The notes under the pieces are model-generated. The model had not been told where the DNA came from. It ran no database searches and saw only the letters and a program-made list of their open reading frames with translations. Shown here one piece after another: positions 8,689 through 15,358 of a stretch of DNA of 48,563 nucleotides; within the stretch, counting starts at the first letter, position 1, and every line of letters starts with the position of its first letter. The stretch is from a virus, in the IMG/VR virus record IMGVR_UViG_3300005996_000002, positions 1-48,563 of that record. The stretch is one strand, 5' to 3'. The translations under genes were made by a program, and so were the position numbers.

Positions 8689-8880
8689 TTAAGCGGCCCA
8701 GACCCAGCCGGTCCGGTAACGGTCGGTGGTGACCCAGTGGCCGGAAAGCTGGTCAGCAATGGCGCTCGAAAGATTGGCGCGCTCCACCAGCAGGGATGCG
8801 ATGCGCTTGCGGTCCATGCCGAGCTTGGCAGCGAGCCGGTAGATTGCACCTATGCGAATTTCCTGAACCGTGGTCTGCAT
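8689..8880 (-). CDS. First gene of the leftward early operon, hypothetical (63 aa from MQTTVQEI)
   Basis: The ATG at 8880 is preceded by GGAGAG. It lies about 75 nt downstream of the predicted leftward promoter. Confidence 0.5.
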   Translation of the reverse strand: MQTTVQEIRIGAIYRLAAKLGMDRKRIASLLVERANLSSAIADQLSGHWVTTDRYRTGWVWAA

Positions 8881-8962
8881 ATCCGTCTCTCCGTTTGCTT
8901 CTGTCTCAGCCTGCCCCTCGTCTTCGGCCCGGAGGCGATCAGTGGGTGGCTGATAGGGAGGA

Positions 8963-9007
8963 AGGTAAGGCAAACTTACATTGGATGTCAACCGGGAAAT
9001 GTAGGTG
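8963..9007 (-). promoter_or_regulatory. Leftward early promoter with flanking operator half-sites (PL-like)
   Basis: The minus strand reads CACCTACATT-tcccgg-TTGACA-tcc-AATGTAAGT-ttgcc-TTACCT. This has the same architecture and spacing (17 nt between TTGACA and TTACCT) as the module at 10044-10087. Confidence 0.6.
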
Positions 9008-9040
9008 CGGCTTACTTTTTTGTTGACGGGATGTAAGCCG
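9008..9040 (+). promoter_or_regulatory. 8-bp inverted repeat flanking a TTGACG box (candidate divergent promoter/second operator)
   Basis: CGGCTTAC (9008-9015) and GTAAGCCG (9033-9040) bracket ttttttgTTGACGggat. It lies back-to-back with the PL-like module. Confidence 0.3.
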
Positions 9041-9324
9041 AGGGTTTAGGGATGGGGCAAGTGATGGGCAACCGGGTGCAATTCCCGTGCTGGTGAAGCC
9101 CACGGCGCAGGAGCGAAGTCCTCAAGTGTGCTGCCAGAAAATAAGGACGAGGTGTCGCCAATAGCCCCTCTGCCAATCGACCGACCGAACGACGGTTCAA
9201 GTCGAGGCAAGCGTTCCCTCTGCTTCTTGGAGCTTTGATCGGCTTTGAGGGGTAGGGGGAGCGTTTGCCTTCTCCCTCCCTTCTCTCGGGTTCAAAACCT
9301 CAGAAAAGAAGAAAGATAGAGGGT

Positions 9325-10011
9325 TTAGGCGTTACCCGCGAGAGCGATGTAGTGGACACTGCGAACCGACGATGACGGGAACCGCAATTCCTTGGCCGGG
9401 TTGAACTGTTCCAAAACTAACTCGTCGCTGTTGTGCCGCAAGAATTTTTTGACGTATGCGAGCGGCGGGCTGTCGTCATCGACGCATACCTGGGCAATCA
9501 CATAGTCGCCCTTCTTGACCCTTCGGCGCGGATCAACAAAGCAAATCTCTCCGTCTTCGTATCTTGGCGACATCGAATCGCCAGAGACTGCCACGGCGTA
9601 GGCGCCAGAGATGCTGGATATGACAGGCGGGGCCATGACCTCGTATAGAACGCTTCCGTTCATCGAGAACTCACCATCAACGCCGCCGACCGCTTGCCCG
9701 AAGACAGGGATCATCGGCCCCGCTTCGGAAATTTTCGCGCCGATCCTGGCATTAGAAGCTTCGACATCCGCTTGCACTTTCCGCTTGAGCCTGTCCGAAA
9801 TAGGTAGTTGTCCATCACCAGACAGATACCATTCCATCGATCCGCCCAAAACTTCGGTCAGCAACTGGTAGCGATCAGGATGGGGCTGCGTCTGGTTAAG
9901 CTCCCATTGCGTCACCGACACGCGGGACACATTCATGAGCTTCGCAAGCTGGGCCTGCGTCATGTCCTTCATTTCCCGCGCCTTGCGGATTCGGTCGCCG
10001 ATCATTTCCAT
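9325..10011 (-). CDS. CI-type repressor: N-terminal XRE-family HTH plus C-terminal S24 (LexA-like) autopeptidase
   Basis: HTH segment MTQAQLAKLMNVSRVSVTQWE. The S24 catalytic Ser sits in VSGDSMSP and the Lys in YVKKF. Divergent from a Cro-like gene. Confidence 0.92.
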   Translation of the reverse strand: MEMIGDRIRKAREMKDMTQAQLAKLMNVSRVSVTQWELNQTQPHPDRYQLLTEVLGGSMEWYLSGDGQLPISDRLKRKVQADVEASNARIGAKISEAGPMIPVFGQAVGGVDGEFSMNGSVLYEVMAPPVISSISGAYAVAVSGDSMSPRYEDGEICFVDPRRRVKKGDYVIAQVCVDDDSPPLAYVKKFLRHNSDELVLEQFNPAKELRFPSSSVRSVHYIALAGNA

Positions 10012-10043
10012 AGTTCAACCGTAAAATCGGCAGGCGTAAATTT

Positions 10044-10098
10044 CACCTACATTCGCACTTGACAGAGAATGTAGGTGTAGCTTACCTTCGCCTACATG
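10044..10098 (+). promoter_or_regulatory. Rightward early promoter with operator (PR-like)
   Basis: An 11-bp perfect inverted repeat, CACCTACATTC (10044-10054) and GAATGTAGGTG (10067-10077), brackets TTGACA (10059-10064). TTACCT follows 17 nt downstream (10082-10087). A third half-site CCTACAT overlaps the ATG at 10096, which implies a leaderless or near-leaderless mRNA. Confidence 0.65.
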
Positions 10099-10296
10099 AT
10101 CACCATTGTTCAAAAAGCGGCAGAGAAGGCGGGGGGCGTAGTTTCGCTCGCACGTGAACTCGGCATCAAACACACGGCTTTCTACTCGTGGAAGCGTGTC
10201 CCTGCGGAGCGTGTGCTTGATATCGAGCGCGTCACGGGCATCGGGCGTCATGAGCTTCGCCCCGACCTGTTCACCACTCCCGAGGTGGCTGAATGA
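10096..10296 (+). CDS. Cro/YdaS-like small HTH regulator
   Basis: 66 aa. GGVVSLARELGIKHTAFYSWKRVP resembles the YdaS/Cro-type HTH. It is divergent from the repressor and is the first gene of the rightward operon. Confidence 0.8.
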   Translation: MITIVQKAAEKAGGVVSLARELGIKHTAFYSWKRVPAERVLDIERVTGIGRHELRPDLFTTPEVAE

Positions 10297-11345
10297 ACAC
10301 GATCAACTTTGATGCAGCGGACGCTCAAACCGGAGAGATCGTAGAAGTTCCTACTGTTGCGGAGCGCCGCCCTACCTGCCTCATCCTGAAAGACGACACA
10401 ACTTACGAGCAGTGGGCCGAAATCGGTCAATGGCTCCAGACTGTCGAGCGGTCGGTTATGTGGTGGATTGGCGACTGGGTTCGTTTTGGGGAGCATCGGT
10501 GGGGCGAGAAGTACGCTCAGGCTATCGAAGCCACCGGTCATAGCTACCAGACGATTGCCGACGCTAAATGGGTAGCAAGCCGGTTCGAATTTTCTCGACG
10601 TAAAGAAAATCTCAGTTTCTCCCTCCATAAGGAGGTTGCTAAGCTTTCGATAGATGAGGCAGACCGGCTGCTTGATAAGGCAGCGCGGGACGGATGGACG
10701 GTCAGGGAAACCCGCGCTCATGCCAACCGCATCAAGAACGAAGCCCGTCTCCCCGCCGCGTGCGCCACTGTAGAAGGCCGCAAGGTATTCGACTTTGAAG
10801 CTCTTGTCCGTAACGGCGAGAAGTTCGGCACCATCTATGCTGACCCGCCATGGCTCTATGACAATCAAGGCACCCGCGCCGCGACGGGCAACCACTACGG
10901 CGGAATGACGGTCGAAGAACTTTGCGCTCTCCCGGTCAAGGATATCGTAGACAAGGACGCCCAGCTTCACATCTGGACTACAAACGGCTTCCTTTTCGAG
11001 TGCCCGAAGATTTTCGAGGCGTGGGGATTTGAGTTCCGTTCGTCTTTCATCTGGGTAAAGCCGCAGATGGGCATTGGCAACTACTGGCGGAATAGCCACG
11101 AGTTTCTGCTGACAGCAATCCGTGGCGATGCCAAGCGGTTTAACGACCGTTCTTTGATGAGCTGGATGCAGTGTGAGCGTGGCGTCCATAGCGCCAAGCC
11201 TGAGCAAGTCCGGCACTTCATCGAAAGGGCTTCTCCCGGCCCGTTCCTCGAAATGTTTGCTCGGTCTGGTTCGCCCAACTGGACCGTCTGGGGCAATCAA
11301 ATCCCCGGCAACCTTCTCGACCACGGCATGGCTGAGGTGGCGTGA
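10293..11345 (+). CDS. MT-A70-family N6-adenine DNA methyltransferase with N-terminal DNA-binding-like extension
   Basis: The catalytic DPPW motif (IYADPPWLYD) and downstream WTTNGF...FEFRSSFIWVK...HSAKP are typical of MT-A70. Confidence 0.88.
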   Translation: MNTINFDAADAQTGEIVEVPTVAERRPTCLILKDDTTYEQWAEIGQWLQTVERSVMWWIGDWVRFGEHRWGEKYAQAIEATGHSYQTIADAKWVASRFEFSRRKENLSFSLHKEVAKLSIDEADRLLDKAARDGWTVRETRAHANRIKNEARLPAACATVEGRKVFDFEALVRNGEKFGTIYADPPWLYDNQGTRAATGNHYGGMTVEELCALPVKDIVDKDAQLHIWTTNGFLFECPKIFEAWGFEFRSSFIWVKPQMGIGNYWRNSHEFLLTAIRGDAKRFNDRSLMSWMQCERGVHSAKPEQVRHFIERASPGPFLEMFARSGSPNWTVWGNQIPGNLLDHGMAEVA

Positions 11346-11932
11346 TGAATCCATTCGAACGCTCACGCCAAGTAGAAGCTGAAGCAATGCGCCGCCTCAC
11401 TCCGTTCATCCATGAACGCAGCGGCACAGCGGACCAGCCGGGACGGTTTGTTCTTATTGAGAAAGGCCCGCTCGCAAAAGACCTTCAGGCGACAGTCGGT
11501 GATGTCTTGATGACAAACCGAAAAACCGGAGGGCTGGTAAGCGTCGAGATAAAGGCCGAACAAAAACACACTGGAAACCTTTTCATCGAGTGCTGGAGCA
11601 ATCTCAATCTCCACAGCGCCGAAAGCTGGGAGGCTCGCGGTAGCAATCCAGGCTGGGCTTGGAAGTTGCACCCCGGCTTGCTGTTTTATTACTTCCTCGA
11701 TGTGGACGCGCTTTACGTCATCAAAGGCTATTCGCTTTGGAATTGGATGCACAACAAGCCTTCGCAGAGCAACGCGATTGGCGCGAGCCGCATCCACGAC
11801 TTCCGGAAGATAAAGGTTAGTTCTGACCAGATGAATGACACCTGGGGGCACATTGTGCCGCTCCTCGTGCTTCAGGATGAGGTCGGCGTTCATCATTTCA
11901 ATCCGCTTTCATTGATGGGAGCCGCCGCATGA
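11342..11932 (+). CDS. PD-(D/E)xK nuclease-fold protein (putative)
   Basis: VGDVLM followed 14 residues later by VEIKAE gives a D...E-x-K signature. The start (GTG 11342 or ATG 11345) overlaps the methyltransferase stop. Confidence 0.55.
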   Translation: MMNPFERSRQVEAEAMRRLTPFIHERSGTADQPGRFVLIEKGPLAKDLQATVGDVLMTNRKTGGLVSVEIKAEQKHTGNLFIECWSNLNLHSAESWEARGSNPGWAWKLHPGLLFYYFLDVDALYVIKGYSLWNWMHNKPSQSNAIGASRIHDFRKIKVSSDQMNDTWGHIVPLLVLQDEVGVHHFNPLSLMGAAA

Positions 11933-12384
11933 CCTCCGACCTCACCTGCATGGAAGCCGTAGAGGGGATATCGCCCCGCTCTGCGCAATCTCGTTTCAAG
12001 TCGGGCAGCGGCGCAATAGAGCCGTCCGGTCCCGCATGGTCCACCGACATGCAAACCGCCCCACGCGGCCACACAGAGCCGGTAGAGCGCAAGACGAAGG
12101 ATGGCGTGGTCACGGATCAAGTATGGCGTCCTGACTGGATCTGGGCGGCTTCCAAGTGCGGCAAGGTGATCGCGACCTATTTCGCCCAGCCGACGAGCGG
12201 GCATCCCCTTGGCCAGTGGGTTTCATTCCGGTCCGACTGGGAGCGCGAGCCCGGCGATTTTGAGTGGCCTTTGGCATGGCGTCCTTTCATTGAGGGTGAT
12301 TTTCCCCGCGCCGTGATCGACAAGAATGCCACATATCCCAACTGCAAGGCCCCGGAATTTCCGGCGCATCTGGTGAAGCCATGA
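11929..12384 (+). CDS. Hypothetical protein (151 aa)
   Basis: ATGA-coupled ORF. No motif recognised. Confidence 0.6.
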   Translation: MTSDLTCMEAVEGISPRSAQSRFKSGSGAIEPSGPAWSTDMQTAPRGHTEPVERKTKDGVVTDQVWRPDWIWAASKCGKVIATYFAQPTSGHPLGQWVSFRSDWEREPGDFEWPLAWRPFIEGDFPRAVIDKNATYPNCKAPEFPAHLVKP

Positions 12385-12476
12385 CGATCATCACATTTCT
12401 CGACCTCGCGATAATTGGCCTGCTTGCCGGGATCATCGTGTTCGCCCTGTTTGAGAAGCTGGCGGGCAACCGATGA
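12381..12476 (+). CDS. Small single-TM peptide (31 aa)
   Basis: MTIITFLDLAIIGLLAGIIVFALFEKLAGNR, with ATGA overlaps at both ends. Below the ORF-track cutoff. Confidence 0.4.
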   Translation: MTIITFLDLAIIGLLAGIIVFALFEKLAGNR

Positions 12477-12706
12477 CCTCACTTCCTCAGCCCATCGACA
12501 ATCCTGGCGACGATTTCGCCAAGAGGTTCCTCCGCCTTTGGCAGGAGGGTGAAGACACCGCTTCCATTGCAGAGATCTGCGGTGTCCGAGAGTGCGTTGT
12601 TTACAATTTCCTTCACTGGAAGCGGTCCGGCAAGACCATCCGAGTGAGCGTCCATACCCTTTCGCGGAGGGCTAACCGCCTCGTCGGCCCCTACAGGGGC
12701 GTCTAG
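12473..12706 (+). CDS. Small HTH-like protein (77 aa)
   Basis: ASIAEICGVRECVVYNFLHW looks like an HTH. In operon register. Confidence 0.5.
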   Translation: MTSLPQPIDNPGDDFAKRFLRLWQEGEDTASIAEICGVRECVVYNFLHWKRSGKTIRVSVHTLSRRANRLVGPYRGV

Positions 12707-12815
12707 TCCAATCAATCTCTCCGTCGCTGTGTTGTTCATGAGGATCAACATAGCGACGGAGAAAACCAAAGTGCGTCAAGTTTCAGACCACCAACCCAGG
12801 GACGGGGAGCGCCCC

Positions 12816-13172
12816 ATGAGTACGAGTTCAACATTCGATTTTGGAGACTACGCCCGCAAGAGCGTCGAGCTTGAGGCACGGCGGCACGGGGATCAGATCA
12901 ACGCCATTGATACCGTCGCAAGGCGTGTCGGGCTTGGATCGCGGGCTTTGCGCCGCCTCATGAACGGGGAGCGCAAGACCTACACGCCGGCGCTGATCAC
13001 TCGTCTCAGGCATGCCTACTACGAGACCTTGCATCGTCAGGTGATCAAACTGCAACACGCGATCGACATCGAGATAGCAGCGAACGGAAATGCCAATGCT
13101 GATCTGGGACTTCTTAAGGCTGAAACTTCGGTTTTGGCTGAGAAAATTGAAAAGGCAAAACAAGGATCATGA
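12816..13172 (+). CDS. Hypothetical protein (118 aa from MSTSSTF)
   Basis: The ATG at 12816 is preceded by GGGGAG. Helical C-terminus. Confidence 0.55.
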   Translation: MSTSSTFDFGDYARKSVELEARRHGDQINAIDTVARRVGLGSRALRRLMNGERKTYTPALITRLRHAYYETLHRQVIKLQHAIDIEIAANGNANADLGLLKAETSVLAEKIEKAKQGS

Positions 13173-13175
13173 CAA

Positions 13176-13745
13176 TTGAAAATCCTTTCCTTCGACATAT
13201 CCAAGACCAAAACCGGATGGGCGCTTTGGGACGTTGCGTTTCGAAACGGCGTCCTTCCGGACATGCGCGGCATCAGCGGGATGCGGACAGGATCGTTCAA
13301 GACGGAAGGCGACACGCTGTTTGAAGCGGTGGCGTCGTTCCAGCCTCAATTCGTTCGCGTCGTCAAAGAGTGCAATCCCGACTTCGCTTCATACGAAGAG
13401 GGTCTTCCAAACATCAAGAGCTACGTGGGCGAAGGTGGAAAAGAGTCCGTTAATTCCAGCGCTCTCGTCCTCAATCGTCTTCTGGGAAGCGCACAAGGCG
13501 TCCTTATGGGTCTCAAGACTCCGCATGAAAGCGTCCCTGACCAGACATGGCGCAAGGCGTTCCTTGGCTTTGGCCGGAAGACCGGGTTTTCAAAAGCCGA
13601 TTACAAGCGCGCTGCAAAGGCAATGTGTGACGAGCTCGGCATTGACGCCAAGAACCAGGATGAGGCGGAAGCCGCTGGTGTTTGTTTCTGGACCGCATTC
13701 CACAGCCAGCACCTCAAGAACATGATTTCCGAGGTGGCGGCATGA
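13176..13745 (+). CDS. RuvC-like Holliday junction resolvase
   Basis: N-terminal ILSFDISKTKTGWALWD (first catalytic Asp) and C-terminal NQDEAEAAGV (DE pair), the typical RuvC-fold arrangement. Confidence 0.75.
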   Translation: MKILSFDISKTKTGWALWDVAFRNGVLPDMRGISGMRTGSFKTEGDTLFEAVASFQPQFVRVVKECNPDFASYEEGLPNIKSYVGEGGKESVNSSALVLNRLLGSAQGVLMGLKTPHESVPDQTWRKAFLGFGRKTGFSKADYKRAAKAMCDELGIDAKNQDEAEAAGVCFWTAFHSQHLKNMISEVAA

Positions 13746-13818
13746 TCGCGTCCGCCAAGATCCATGCCCGTCGATATGAGCAGCGGTTTATCGAACTGCG
13801 GACGGGGAGGGCGGCGGC

Positions 13819-15306
13819 GTGAGGGCGCTTGATCTGTTTTCCGCAGCGGCCGGCGGTTGGTCCCTTGGCTTGCACCGGGCCGGGTTCGAGACGGTCGCGG
13901 CTTGCGAGTTCATCGACTGGCGCCGCGCGCTTTACCTCCAGAATAACCCCGGCGTCAGGATGTACGACGATGTCAGAACACTCACTGCCGACCAGCTTCT
14001 TCGAGATATCGGGTTTCTGCCAGACATCGTCGTCGGAAGCCCTCCCTGCCAGGACATCTCCAGCGCGAACACAAAAGGCAAAGGCGTTGAAGGCGACCGG
14101 AGCGGGCTGTACTTCGAAGCCGTCAGGATCATCGGAGAAGTCCGACCTCGTTGGTTCGCTCTTGAGAACAGCTCTAATCTCCGAACTCGGGGCGCTGACG
14201 CCGTGCTCGCTGCGCTGGAAGCCATCGGCTACACCTGCTGGGCGTTTGTGGTCCGTGCTTCAGACATCGGCGCCAATCATGAGCGACCAAGATCATGGAT
14301 CATCGGGTGCGACCTCTCCCAAATTGCCGACGCCGATAGCTGGCAACAGCGGGATCAATCGGAGCATGGTGGACGGCGTTCGCGCTGGGCCGAATCGTCC
14401 GAATGTGAAGACACTCATCAATCAGGCGCAGCGTCTTCCAACGCCGATGGCTTCGGACGGGATGAAGGACGGCAAAGGCGGCGGGGCCGGATCGACCTAT
14501 CCATTCCGCAAGATACTGGCCACGCCGCGGGCATCCGGTGCGCACCACGGTCCGGAGATAGCGAAAGCCATGGCAGCGCAGTCAACGGGCGTGTCGCTGG
14601 TCACGCAGATGGAGATGGGCAGGCGCTTAGCCACACCTCGCAAGACGGACGCGGACAGGGGCTTCCGCGGGGACGTGCTGGCTCAGTTGCAGGGGCAGAA
14701 CAACAAGCATGCCGGGATGCAACTCCCGACGCCCACGGCGGCCCGCTACGGCTCTCAGAGCTATCCGGAAGACCCGAGCCGGAAACGCCCGTCGCTGGAG
14801 ACGCTTCTCTCGACGCCCCGCGCATCGGACATGAAAGCGGGCGGGAACGGCGACACGGGCCGGATGGGCACGGTTCGGCATCAACTGCAGAAAGCGCAGG
14901 AAACGCTCCCCACGCCGACGAAACGGGACAAGAGGCTGGACTCCTGGAGTCCAGCCTACGACCGGCGCAAGTCGCCGACGATGGATGCGGTTCTGGACGG
15001 AGCGCAGACGGGCAAGGCCCCGGAGAAGTGGGTCTATGCCCGACAGATAGCGACTATGCTCTCGGACGCCGGGCTGACTGGTCCCTCGATGACCTTGCCC
15101 ATCACCTACGGGTGGATGCTGGGCTATCCGCCTGGGTGGCTCAGTCGCGCATTGCAGTCGGCGGTCCAAGAGGGACTTCTGCGGCATCCCTCATTGTCGA
15201 AGCGTTCGGGGACTCGGTAGTGCCCCAGATTCCAGAGAGCATCGGCAGGGCCATCCTGCGAACCGAAGCGGCATTGTCCGCTGTCTATGGGAGGCAGGCC
15301 GCATGA
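13819..15306 (+). CDS. DNA (cytosine-5) methyltransferase; central part apparently encoded in the +1 frame (see findings)
   Basis: Motif I DLFSAAAGGWSLG, motif IV GSPPCQDIS, motif VI ENS, motif VIII ERPRSWIIG and motif X FGDSVVPQIPESIGRAI are all in this frame. The middle 840 nt translate to low-complexity text here but to seven LPTPxAxD-type repeats in ORF 13829..15220. Confidence 0.75.
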   Translation: MRALDLFSAAAGGWSLGLHRAGFETVAACEFIDWRRALYLQNNPGVRMYDDVRTLTADQLLRDIGFLPDIVVGSPPCQDISSANTKGKGVEGDRSGLYFEAVRIIGEVRPRWFALENSSNLRTRGADAVLAALEAIGYTCWAFVVRASDIGANHERPRSWIIGCDLSQIADADSWQQRDQSEHGGRRSRWAESSECEDTHQSGAASSNADGFGRDEGRQRRRGRIDLSIPQDTGHAAGIRCAPRSGDSESHGSAVNGRVAGHADGDGQALSHTSQDGRGQGLPRGRAGSVAGAEQQACRDATPDAHGGPLRLSELSGRPEPETPVAGDASLDAPRIGHESGRERRHGPDGHGSASTAESAGNAPHADETGQEAGLLESSLRPAQVADDGCGSGRSADGQGPGEVGLCPTDSDYALGRRADWSLDDLAHHLRVDAGLSAWVAQSRIAVGGPRGTSAASLIVEAFGDSVVPQIPESIGRAILRTEAALSAVYGRQAA

Positions 15307-15358
15307 CTCCCTCCCTCTCCCCAGTATCCCGCCTTTACCTGAACAAGGGGATTGCATC

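Noticed and set aside
9012-9200. 62-aa minus-strand ORF in the spacer between the repressor gene and the leftward promoter.
   Set aside because: It has R/L/P-rich composition and no RBS, and it would start inside the operator/promoter palindrome. It is treated as non-coding.
10248-11387. Very long antisense ORFs opposite well-supported genes. Examples are 10248..11387, 23198..24241, 24499..25779, 27665..28678, 28733..30043, 38667..39479 and 43599..44567 (all minus), and 5347..6159 and 6423..7061 (plus).
   Set aside because: Their translations are R/P/G/A-rich low-complexity text. They lie exactly opposite genes with clear family motifs (MT-A70, TerL, portal, capsid, Bet and others). They lack RBS and operon context. 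Long stop-free antisense frames are expected at this GC content.
13829-14280. 5' part of the +1-frame ORF 13829..15220 as an independent gene overlapping the methyltransferase N-terminus.
   Set aside because: Its translation (MICFPQRPAVGPLACTGPGSRRSRL...) is S/R/P/T-rich with no motif. The overlapping frame carries all the N-terminal C5-MTase motifs with high third-position GC. Only the central part of this frame looks coding.
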